DNA of 33,228 nucleotides, taken from the NCBI GenBank assembly GCA_000934665.2, contig JYFJ02004304.1, forward strand, positions 1-33,228, written 5' to 3'. The number at the start of each line of letters is the position of its first letter. Position 1 is the first letter of the stretch. Made by a program: the position numbers and the translations under genes. Origin of the DNA: Catajapyx aquilonaris (taxonomy: Eukaryota). This document shows positions 18,001-29,060 of the stretch, piece after piece. Below the pieces are notes generated by a model that searched no databases, was not told the origin of the DNA, and worked only from the letters and a program-made list of their open reading frames with translations.

Positions 18001-19682
18001 CTCTCAAGGCTTTAAAGAAAAGTCGTGAATTTATTGTTGTAGCACCGCCTCATTACGCAATTATTGCGACACCATTTGCAAAACTAACCTCAGAAGTTAT
18101 GGTCTCATAAGGAATCTCCGAGAAATCGTACTCCCAATCCTTGCAAGTGGTGATGGCCCAAGTACTGTTTGGAACCAAGTTTTCTTCTAGAACCTGGGTG
18201 TAGTTGACCGCATACATGCTGCACTTGCTGAAGGTCATTCCGGTGAACATGTTGTCCCTCTCCAATGGTATGCTCAGGTTTTTTCTAAGGACAAAACATG
18301 GTTCATTAATTAGGGATGCAACCTTAATTGCCCCCCCCCCCCTTACATAACGAGGAATGCGATTGTTCTATTCATCGTCGCCAAGGAAGGACAACTCACA
18401 GCAATTCAAGTTTATTTCGTACAGGGTGGTCCAACAATCCCTGATATGTACGAATGTAAGAAATCAGCTGTTATAGATGGGGGGGCAAAAATGTGTGCCC
18501 CAATCCTGGATTTTTACGCCACAATTTTTTGGGGACACTTTTGGACGGCATTTACTACCATTTTACACAAGAAGTGCTGAATTTTCTTCCAATATTGTAC
18601 CACCCTGTATCTTTCTTCAAGGCATCGCATGGGTGCTGATGGGCCCACGGAATTCCGTGTTCATTTAACTTTTGTATACTGTACGTGAAAATGACCGTCA
18701 GAAGACTCCCAGACATGCCTCGGGAAGACTCGAAGGTCAACTCCCCCACCAAAAAAAAGTCGGTCAAGTTCGTTTTGGGTGTCTTACAGAATTTTTCGGT
18801 CATTCTAACTTCACATGAGGTCTTCTAATTTTCCCGAGATGTCTTGTGGGAAACATACATTTTGTGTGTCAAGGAATTGTCTTTTTTTGTTTCCTGACAA
18901 CATTTAGTTACGGTTTATTCATACAAAGTCCTGTTGGGTGGGGCTGATTGAAGAGAAAATGGGAGCAGGTAGTGACAGACTTCTTGTCACAGGCTTTACA
19001 ATAAAAATCAGCAGGGATTGCGTGGAAATAATAAGCCTTGCGGGAGTTTAGCCTTCAAAAGAAGCTGATCAGGCGTTACGTTCTGTTATCACTGCAACTT
19101 GTTGTAAGCATGCACGGTTTTCTGTATAAGGAGTTTAATCGGTTTTCGTGCAGGTTAAATCCACCCACCACTCCCATGTGGAAAAACGGTTCATGTTCAG
19201 GATTTCTTGCACAAAAAGAAAAAAAAGTGCACACTACAGGAAGTTGCAACTACCTCGTTCTAATATTACATTGCCGTTGTATATTGTCTTATGTCGTCAA
19301 ATGGCGCCGGAAGTTTCAAAGCAATGGCCAATTACCCTTCACTAGACCCTGTACTATTTTACACAACAATAGTCAGCTTCGTCGACCACGCGTGGCTGTG
19401 TTATAACCTGAGTGAGCGAATTTCCTGAAACAATTCCCATTTGAAGGATAGATTGTTCACTATAGCAAAAGTTTAAAAAAAATAAAAAAAAACTCACCTG
19501 AGATCAACAGTCAGATTCTGAAGTTCATCCACCTTACACCAGTGATCCGGTGTGAGCGTGATGAAAAGCTGGCTAAAATACACTAAAGTCACGAAGATGA
19601 AGAACGGACACTGCAGCATAAACAGCACCTTCTGATAAAATCCAAATTCTCCCAAATGGATCAAAAGCTCGTCGAAATCCAT
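14905..19682 (-). CDS. CarT: SLC22 / MFS organic cation transporter, carcinine transporter-like, 600 aa; complement(join(14905-15091,16080-16428,16542-16869,17148-17253,17437-17629,17694-17952,18089-18284,19498-19682))
   Basis: Eight GT-AG exons sum to 1803 nt in one frame. SLC22 hallmarks: MDFDELL..GEFG.YQK start, Cys/N-glycosylation-site extracellular loop, WVCD, ADNWGR, PESARWL, LDRWGRR, ELLPTVIRA, LPET. Segments such as FDNCMTMMYILALEYVGPKWRTLVANLSIA and NIGLQYAAE match Drosophila CarT (CG9317) as I recall it; orthology is not tested. Confidence 0.9.
16080..16428 (-). CDS. CarT: CarT-like exon 7 (DLQLLAAFLAIMGR...CDCLP)
   Basis: Acceptor cttacag|AT, donor CCAAG|gtacaa. Confidence 0.92.
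16542..16869 (-). CDS. CarT: CarT-like exon 6 (THVEAER...YTFLDLLKTPNLRR...AIAVPA)
   Basis: Acceptor tttcag|ACT, donor GCAG|gtaact. Confidence 0.94.
17148..17253 (-). CDS. CarT: CarT-like exon 5 (WLISRGETERAMKILKRFEKWNGKKVDDNTYNKFL); missing from the ORF track
   Basis: Acceptor ttgtcag|G, donor CTA|gtaagt; translated by hand. Confidence 0.93.
17437..17629 (-). CDS. CarT: CarT-like exon 4 (ALEYVGPKWR...IVPESAR)
   Basis: Acceptor tttgcag|CT, donor AG|gtaaga. Confidence 0.94.
17694..17952 (-). CDS. CarT: CarT-like exon 3 (NNWVCD...MMYIL)
   Basis: Acceptor ttacag|AAC, donor CTTG|gtcagt. Confidence 0.94.
18089..18284 (-). CDS. CarT: CarT-like exon 2 (KNLSIPLERD...PYETITSE), large extracellular loop
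   Basis: Acceptor ccttag|A, donor GAG|gttagt. Confidence 0.93.
18422..18607. mobile_element. Tc1/mariner-type MITE (186 bp) in CarT intron 1
   Basis: TA|CAGGGTGGTCCAACA ... TATTGTACCACCCTG|TA: inverted termini flanked by a TA duplication. Confidence 0.7.
19498..19682 (-). CDS. CarT: CarT-like exon 1 (MDFDELLIHLGEFGFYQK...LTVDLR)
   Basis: ATG in context aaatATGG; donor AG|gtgagt. Confidence 0.92.
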
Positions 19683-19908
19683 ATTTGCCCACGTGTCTTT
19701 TTCCACACACACAAATTCGCAAACACTATGTTCTTCACTCACACTCCCAACACACACTGGACTCTTAGCTGGCCAACCCCTTCCTTTTTATCTAACACCC
19801 CAGCAAAACCGCTTCCTCTGGTATAATCAAATGAAAATCCACCACTTTTTTTTTTGTTGTCTTCCTCCACTTCTAAGCCTCTCTCCGGAGGGGAATAACA
19901 GAAGACAC

Positions 19909-19922
19909 TAGTGACGTCACTA
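19909..19922. promoter_or_regulatory. Full CRE (TGACGTCA) within a perfect 14-bp palindrome, ~230 bp upstream of the CarT ATG
   Basis: TAGTGACGTCACTA; function inferred from the motif only. Confidence 0.45.
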
Positions 19923-22900
19923 AGTTCTGGGAAAGTGGGCGGCTCTTAACATCCACATGGTCCCCCACTTGATGTTGGTCAAATGGAACTGCAGGAGAAC
20001 TAAAAATGGGGCTCCTTTGGCTTGTAACCAACCCCGGTCGCCATTTTCCACCAAGGACAGCCGTCATATTCAGACATTACTTTCTCGAATGGCAGGCAAT
20101 CGGCTCAATATTGTTGGTGACCTTTAGACCTCATGAGGACCTTGAAGGAACAATTTACATGAGTGGATTAATTGTGGTGGTCGCCCCAGACACTTGGAGG
20201 AGGGTGTAAAAAAAATTGGATGAAGAAAGAAGCTGGAAAAAAACGAGGTTAGATGAAGAAAAAGGGGATTATTTTTATTAGTTATTAACTCGGGCATGAC
20301 ATTTCTTATGGTGATAATTGCGGGTTGAAACCTTGTGTGATTCATAGGCAAATGTGGCCTCAGGTGCGATTGTAACATACGGGAAGTCCTTTTTTTTGTG
20401 ATTGTTTACCATCAGATTATTGCGGACATCTCACGACATTTATATTATAATTTATAAATAAAGCGTCATTACTTCTTTTTTTTTCAACGGGTGCAATTGC
20501 GAGTAAAACCCAGCCCTGACTCATTCACGTGACACTGTTGTGATTTACGCTAACCAGGAAATAAGTGACACCCTGTACTTATCAGATATTCATAGCAAGT
20601 ATTTGGCAACACTCGCAATTTCGAACCGATTACAATATTCATGCGGCACGTTCGCGCAACAATTGGCTCCTGTATTTATGGACCACTATGTATACTAAAA
20701 GTCACCTTGAGTAAAAATTTTCCACACTTTTTTTCCTGGATATCTTTCGCGCTTTTTCTTTCTACAAAGAAATCATCTGGGGGTTCGGCCCCAGAAAATA
20801 CTGGCGTATGACTCACTTTTCAATACCACACTAAACGCGTCATCAGTAATTCCCCGTCGTGACATTCACCTCATCAGTTAGCATAATTTTTAGGCTGACC
20901 ACCCCTAGAGGAATAGGACTTGGCCATTACACGTTTTACAAGAAGTGGGCTAAACGGCCGGTTAGCAAAAGTCTGCACACTTCGCAATTTCATGTGACGT
21001 CAGTTCGGACCGGTCGGACAAGATTGCCTTTTTTTTTTTTTGCTTTCTTATAAACGAGCCAGCTCCCTGAACTCTAGAAAAAAAATTGTGCAAAAAAAAT
21101 TTGCACCAACATCGACTGCGTATGATTCGCGCAAATATTTATGTAAGCCATGATGAGACACCCTCTTTGTGTATGAGCGCATTGCATGTATAGCTGAACA
21201 AATATTCAAATTTTAAATGTCACTAGAAAAAACCTTAGCATTTTTCTAGGCCTGCGGTGCATTTTTCTGTGCCTGCGGTTCACGACCAGTTGAATAAATT
21301 GATTTATTTCCAAGCCATCATCAATTCTATCTATTTATTAGTTGAACTATAGACAGCAATTTGCGTTATTTCCAACCCATCAATTTCAATCAGGATTCGT
21401 TTTACAACCTTGTTGGGATGCCCCACAGTAGCTGGGGGTACTTAGGGCTTGCAAGTAGGGGTAATAAAAGAAGCTATCTCAACTTCGAGGGCTATGCGAC
21501 CGGAATAAATCATTTTTCCTCGTCTTGCGAGGCACATGTTATAGTCATGTATAGTGTGTGTTGTGCGAAAGATATTAATAAGTTTTGCCGCGCGGACTTG
21601 ACATGCGAATTGTGATAATAAAAATCCTTCTCTTCTCGTGTGCTCTGTCCTTGGAGGTTAAAGCAGATTGTGCGAATTCGTGTTGAAGGATTTTTACCCG
21701 CCGAAAAATATTCTCTACACAAATTTTTTGAGAAACCGGATACATGCAATTGGAAGATCATTGCAATAAAAAAAAACTTCCTGCCAATTTTTTGGATAGT
21801 GTAGTTTGCAAAAATGTCCTGTATTTTTGCAAACAGCCCAGGAAATCTGGTTCTAAATTTGGACTTAATTGTACCTAGCCTTTTGAGATGTAATCTGTCG
21901 TTTGCTGGGAGGGGAAAAAAAAGAGTATGAATCACGCAAGAGTGATCCTTTTTTTTAGCTCGACAATTGAGTAATATTTGTCACCTTTTTTGGAATCATA
22001 TTATGTAAGAAACCTTGCGGTTTAGACCGTAAAAAAATTTATTAGGATCATATTATTTTGTACTCTCCCATTTTTTTGGGGCCATTTCTATCCCACCAGG
22101 AAAATCTGGAGCCATGTTGTAAAAATTGCGCAACATGTTGGTCAACTAGCTAGTGTTGGGTCACGTCTTTGCAATTTCTTTTTTGCGAAAAAAAAGAGTG
22201 TTCGATAGCTCCAAAAAAATTGGTCATGCATACCAAAATAATAACCCTCATGCTCAAGTAATCAAAACCAACTTCAAGGTTAAAAAATGGAGGAGTTATG
22301 ATAGTTTGAAGGTAATTTTTTTGACGTGACGTAACCCTGATTATTTTTGGGGTGCATATACTGTATCTAGCTAGATTTTTTTTTGTGTATATATATAAAA
22401 AGTGAAGGTTAAGGTTTTGTGTTGGGTTTGTAGTGTGACAATGCAAACTATTTCTGATTCAAATGCATGGTGACCTGCATCACTTTTTTCCGGAAATCGC
22501 ATGACTATATAATTAGAGCAACGGGATTTTTGTGACTAACCCAGTGGAAAGTACGGGTGTCGACATGAGAATATAACTGTTATAATACGGCGTGACTTCG
22601 TGTGTAAAGTATTTAGTCACTGTCCTTTTTTTATTATTCGTGCCAAGTTCAAGGCCAGGCGCACCTCATTTTTTATTATGACGTGTGTTTGTCTCTGCAG
22701 GTGACATAACTCGTTTTCCAATGATTATATGAACGATGTATGAATCGTGTGTGCAATCAGTATTTAGAAAAATTTTTGCAAGGAAGATTCAAAAAGCTGT
22801 GTGAAAATGACCTCGAATTTTCGCATACTGAAAAAAAAGCGAACATGTTGCACTTGTTGTATCAACGTCTCTATAAGAGAAGCATGTTGTTTATTTTTAT

Positions 22901-25061
22901 AAACTTGCGAAAAATTTGCCGGGAATGAACCTTCATGCAAGTATATTTGAGCTAATGAACTCATCTGTGTATAGTACCAGCCGAGAATGAACTTCACTGC
23001 CATAATTTTAATTGCTGCATTATTTATCGATAAATTTTTTTGAGAAAAATGTGTGCTATTTAAAAGCAATTTCAAACAAAATAACGTAAATTGCGGAACT
23101 GCATTTTTTGCAACTGGCCTTACAATTCTGAAGGCAAATGATGTGAAGATATTAGGCATAATTTACTTCACAAAGTAAACCGCGGTCTTTTATACACTAA
23201 GAGCAAGTGCGACTTTCCATTATTACAAAGGACATTGCTGAAAACTGATGATATCTTATATCCGGAGGTTGACTTCCGTATACGGCGCCTTTAATAGACT
23301 ACCTTCAAATCTAATTGATTTGCAACCGGCCAAATAGCGAGATGACCACTTTGCAAAAAAAATTATCTCAGGGTAATCTGAATAAGAAAATGTCAAGGTG
23401 CGCACCTGATGAATACAACCGCTATAAATAGTCAAATGGACCACACATACCTTTGTTACAGACCAAAAAAAAAAAAGTGAAATCAAGGCAGTTTCCGAAT
23501 AATTCCTTTCACTATGTAGACTTGACCTTGCGGACGAGTTTTTAAAGGTATACGTATTTTTGGTCTGAAAAATTGGCCGCTCCAGTGCCTTCGCAATGTA
23601 CCCTTTTTTTTGCAGTGTGTTGTTAACTATTACCACGGATCGGTAGATTGATTTTGAGGTCGCTTCCACGGTTCGTACCGTACGTGTTATTGCAGCTGTA
23701 AAGTTAAGTACTCAAGGTGTGCTTCCAGGGCGTGCCCTAATCCAGCGTTTTGTGAGGAAATCGACCACAAAACGGAGCAAAAAAAAGATATTGCTTGAGG
23801 ACATATAGGAAGTGATTAAGTTATATAAAAAAATTAGATGGCAGCTTTTTTTACGAATAGTCAAAATAGTGAGATGTAAGCATTTCTGTTTGGTTCACAC
23901 ATTGATAGTGTTTGTGGGAAATAATTTATTAATTAGACCCTGAGCTTGCCACACTAGTTGCCTCCAGTGCAGAAGTTAAATGCCTGCGAGTGAATAACCC
24001 TCCAGCAAAATTGTTACAAAACCGTCTGACTCCATGTGTCTAGAATGCAATAATATCTATGTATCCTTGACGAGGATTGCGCCAAAGTAATAACTGACCC
24101 GCTTAATAATTAAAGTTGCTCTAACACTGTGTGGAAACACAGTAATTTATCGCTCATTTATATCACCTATTTTCATTGATTTTATATTCGACAATTAAGT
24201 CAATTTCACCGAAAATTGGTTAAATTTTGGTTAAAATTTAATTGTACGCAAATTTTCTCACTGTATATTCCAACACGAGTTTTGGCTCGCACGTAACCAT
24301 GAGCTGGCCACATCTCCCATCACGACTCAAAATTCGCGGAATTTCCACCTTCCTTTACATAATGGCTGCATGCAATTTTTTTTGTTAACTGAATATTTTT
24401 AATTAAATGCGCATTATTGCTTTTATATACATTTTCTTCCCTAACCTTTTACATTTTTTTTCTGTGACTCCGATTGTCTCACGGGAAACGCCTCAGTATG
24501 TATATAAACATCTCCCCTTCACCTTCAAAAAAAAATTATATATACATATACATAATATACGTCTTGACCTTCCCCAGCACATAATGTGCAGCTTGACCAG
24601 AATTCGAAACATACCCTGAGGCCTCAGTTAGCTCCATATTGAACATGGGTTGCCCCCACCCGATATTTCGAGAGTGTTCAACAATGCAGGCAATTAGAGC
24701 TGTCCTCACAACGGGTGTGTTTTCACCTGATATCCCGCTGACAAGAAAATGTCCCGGAGCCAATCTTACACACTGGGGGAATCAATTAAGGAGCCGCATT
24801 TATCATCGTGTGGCAATCTAAGGCATATACGAAGAACACATGGGCTAGTAAACATGGAGGTTGTTTCTCACACACAGTTGGTCTTCCCACCAGGTAGAGC
24901 CTCAGGTGGGCCCTCTGAGTTTCCGAGAGGCATCTGGAGGCCAAAGGAAGACCTCCATGCACACATGTGGTTTTGGGGAGGTAAAAAAAATGTAATGATG
25001 TAATGTAGCTGCAAAAATTGAAGTGATGTTGCAAGTAGAGCTGAACATGTTTTTGAGTTAA

Positions 25062-25568
25062 GGGGCCGCATTAGTAAAAAAATACGGTAACAATCGGTAA
25101 CAATGCGAGCCCTTGGCGACTACGTAAACAAACTCGCGTTTGCATGGACAGCATATGGGGATTCGACATGTCCACGCATCGGCGGCCTTACGGCCACAAA
25201 AATGGTGCAATGGACACAGAAATTACACCAAAAAATAGGACATGATCTGGCGCAGGGCACCTTCGGCGTCATTTTCCCATTTTCGGCCTAGAAGTGACCT
25301 TTTCATCGAGTTGAAGTGAAAGGAAAATGAAGTTCCCGAAAAGCCCATTTGAATAACATGGCGGCAGGAACGCGACAAATTCGGGAACGCATCGGCGCCC
25401 GTATGTCCACAATTTTAATGCAATCATATCGAGCATGGTACCATAGTAAAGGCCAAACCTTTCCGCAGGGCACCTTCGGCGTGATTTTTCCGATTAACCG
25501 TCCGTTTCGCCACAAAAAATAAAATTCCCTCAAAAATGCGCCTACCGTATTTTTACTCATGCGCCCCC
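25062..25568. mobile_element. Non-autonomous DNA transposon, Kolobok-like (507 bp, TTAA TSD)
   Basis: TTAA|GGGGCCGCATTAGTAAAAAAATACGGTA ... TACCGTATTTTTACTCATGCGCCCCC|TTAA; RR...YY termini; internal 213-bp-period imperfect duplication. Confidence 0.75.
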
Positions 25569-25818
25569 TTAATAATAGTCGCTGGCTAAGTTTTTTGCGA
25601 CAATAAAATCTACAAAATGTACTGTATATCCAGAAAGCATCGCACGGTGCAGCAGCCATGCCAAGAAAATATATTTTTAGTAGTAATAGCATAGCTGTAA
25701 AAATTTATTTGGTAGCGAAATATACTTTGAAGGCCTCTGTATTGCATAACTTTCCAGCAGCACTATTGCAATTTTATAAATGCTCTAAAAATTTATTTCT
25801 CACCAAAGTAGTCACCAG

Positions 25819-26037
25819 GGGCCGAATTCAGAGAGGTTGCTTAACGTAAACGCGCCCGATTAAATCCTTTAGTCATCCTCGATTAGCAAATTTAAAGGTG
25901 CTAGCAAGTGCGATTAGGGGGCGTTTAGCGCTAATCGCCGTCTTTGTATTAGCAGGTTGATTAAATTTGCTAATCGAGGCTGACTAAAGGATTTAATCGG
26001 GCGCGTTTACGTTAAGCAACCTCTCTGAATTCGGCCC
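25819..26037. mobile_element. Foldback MITE with 77-bp TIRs, PIF/Harbinger-like ends
   Basis: Arms 25819-25895 and 25961-26037 are reverse complements with 1 mismatch; they begin GGGCCGAATTC; flanks are CAG and TAA (not an exact TSD). Confidence 0.8.
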
Positions 26038-28689
26038 TAAATAATGGAGTCGTAGCATTTTAATTACCTACTAGGATATGATGTATTATCACATTGGATC
26101 GATGGTGTAACATATTACAGCAGATGCGCTTGGCGAAGCAAAACCGCAAGTAACCTAAAGAATATGTCGTGTGAAGTAGGACCAAAATATTTCTCACAGT
26201 CCTGTGCAAAATAAATCAAATCGCATAGTGGATTGTGTGAAAAGTTGAATCAACTCACTGTAACCTAGGCTTCTGATTAAGTGAATTATATCAGCATTTC
26301 CTCAATTCCCAACCTGCACATTGGACATCATAACTTACATCATGATTATAATATTTTTGCATCATTTGAGTCTGGGAAGGCGTCATGAGAGCGTGCAAGT
26401 TGATGTCACCAGAACCTGAATTGTCTAGTCGCGCGTCATGTAATGACCGTAAATAATGACTGGTCACAACATTTTTTAGTCTTCCTCTAGGAAAAGGTCA
26501 AGGAATCGTCCTGTGCGTGCCCATCATGCCGGGAATTACTGACCACCTTTACATGCTTATTTCCCCTCCTGATCCTATATCTAGAAAATAATAGTCCACA
26601 CAAACGTTTTCTGACAATCCATTTTTGCCCACGTCACGCGTTGGCATGTTCAGCTTCTCTCCGCCTACACACACACACAAAAAAAGGGCAATGTTATCGT
26701 TTGTAAAAGTAATCAACTGTCATGAACCTGTTAACACTTTATAGTTCGTAAGCAGCCTGTACATGTATAGTATTTACAAACCGAACCTGTTCCGGAACAG
26801 GTCCAATGTCCGCTGTTGCCCAATTAAACCAGTTGAAATTGTACGAAGTTCAGTGTCAAGTCAAGCAGTGCTTCGAACAGTTTCGTCGAATGTGAGTACT
26901 GCATTGCCAATAAGCACATTATAAGAAGAATCCTTTGCAAGTTATTTCTGCAAATGTTGCGGAACAAGTTTTCCAGTTTTTCGCAGAATCTTGACCAGTC
27001 GAGAGCAGATTCAGTCGAAAATAACCGGCTTGAATGTCGTAGGATACGAGCAATAAATTTTAACAAGAAATTACGTTGCAATTTGCTGGATTATACTTGG
27101 AATTGTAAATAACACGACTTATATTTTTTTGCGAATGGTTGCAAAATTGGTACGTTTTTTTGCCAAAATTTTTCCTATCGTTATTACTCGATTGTGCAAA
27201 ATATGAATTATTGTGGTACCAACAAGAGATGACAAATTTGTTCGCGAAAACAGTCATCAGTTGTTCTTAGGTTTATTTTGGCCACGTGGTCCGTTTTAGC
27301 ACCCACTCCATTTTTGTAACGGATATGTTGTTTGTGCACGCGTTCTATTGTCCAGTACTGCACCACATGGCTGAAAGTACACCAGACCGGAACACTATTC
27401 ACTGTTAGAGAGACCGATGGCCTGCAATAATACATATCACTTCACGGCCAAACACTCGCAAACACACGACAGGTGCACACATTGCGTAAATGTCGTGCAA
27501 GGACTTGTCACCTTTATTTAAAAACCCTTGACCTATGGGCAATGTTTGTGCACTTGTGTATTTTTTTTTGCAACATTGAGTGCCCACTATACACAGGCTG
27601 CTCAAACAAAGTTGCAAAAATGTAGCAGGTGGATAAACAAACCTGCTAACGATGTTTTAAGAGTCAAATCACGTTCGAGTGAGCAGTGATTTTTTTTTTT
27701 CGACTTGTGCGGGCCTTTGCTGAAATGTGCGTAAAACAATGTTAATTGAACCATCAATTTAAATTAGTGTAATGAAGTGAACAGATACAGTGCTTGGGAC
27801 AGGGATATCAATAATGCGGGATATTAATTACCTTCCGATACGTGCATCTTGATAAATTATTCTGTTAATAGTGATAGTAAATAATGCGATAGCTTACGTT
27901 AATCTTGGTTAACCGAGTTTCCTGCTTGTTGATTTAATGACTTCATTGTTGGTAAGCTGCTTTCCAAGAAACGGAAAACGCAAAAAATATTGAGCTGTGT
28001 CGCTTTCAAAAGGGAAACAATATTTTGCCCAGAGCTCGGTTCCGGAAAACAAAGGTTATTAAATTTTCCTCTCAAAAGGCAGAGAGGCACGCCTGAAGGG
28101 TTTACGGAAAAAGTAATATATACTGTATATGAGATCTCATGGCCTTCTATAACTGAATTGTGAAATTCTCTAAGTAAATATAACCGCGAAATGAGGACAA
28201 GAGCAATAACGCAATTTTGCTTGCTAAAAATTACGAATGCAAAAACTTTGCATTGACGTATACCACTTGATACCCGAAATTATACCGGTCTAATTATAAC
28301 AGCGTGTTGGTTAATTAGTAATGACTCACCGAACTTACAGCTTATAGTAAATATTATACGTATTTTTAAACTTACGAAATTTTAAATTATAGAGCAAACT
28401 TTTGACGTGTTCAAAATTATACCTGTGCAATTATTATTACAGAACATGACTCAACTTGGCCAGAACTTTTTCATGTACACACTTTAAAAATATTGTACAA
28501 TTTTTTGCAGAACATTACGCATAACTTGAGATGACGTGGGTGCGCAATTATTTTGGTGTCATTGCATAAGTTTCAACTCGGAAATTTCATCAATTTTCTC
28601 TGGAAAATCGGCGCGGCGTTGACTGGATACATCATAATTACGCTTATTTATTTATTTATTTGGTACCCTGTTACAAGACCTTTTGTAAT

Positions 28690-29060
28690 TAATATTAATT
28701 ATAATTCGTAAATTTTCCTAATCAATTTTTAAACAATTAAATTTCAGTATAAGTTATTGTTTAAAAATATTCAAATTTCAATTTCAGTATGTTATTGTTT
28801 AAAAATTCAAATTCGATTTTAACGAAATTGCGTGAATTAATTTTTTAAATGTTTAATTAAAATTCTTAAATGTTTCATTAAAATTTTTCATATTTTTAAT
28901 TGAAAATTTTAACACATTTTCAAATTTAACAGAGTTTAAACATTTCAAATTCATTTTGAAACATTTCTCATTCACTTTCGTATGATTTCTTATTCATTTT
29001 TTAAAAAATTTCAAATTAAAGTTTTTAAACAATTTCAACAAAATTGTTGAAACGTTTCAA
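28690..29060. repeat. AT-rich low-complexity tract including a ~40-bp tandem duplication (28740-28815)
   Basis: AATTTCAGTAT(AA)GTTATTGTTTAAAAAT occurs twice in tandem; surrounding sequence is nearly all A/T. Confidence 0.7.

Noticed and set aside
16024..18110. + strand ORFs overlapping CarT exons, and - strand ORFs over calcineurin exons
   Set aside because: Antisense shadows of real coding exons.
19683..19757. 25-aa N-terminal extension of CarT in the ORF track
   Set aside because: Starts at GTG; the ATG at 19682 gives the family-typical MDFDE start.
23022..23035. DRE motif TATCGATA in a 14-bp palindrome
   Set aside because: Single AT-rich match with no adjacent evidence of a start site.
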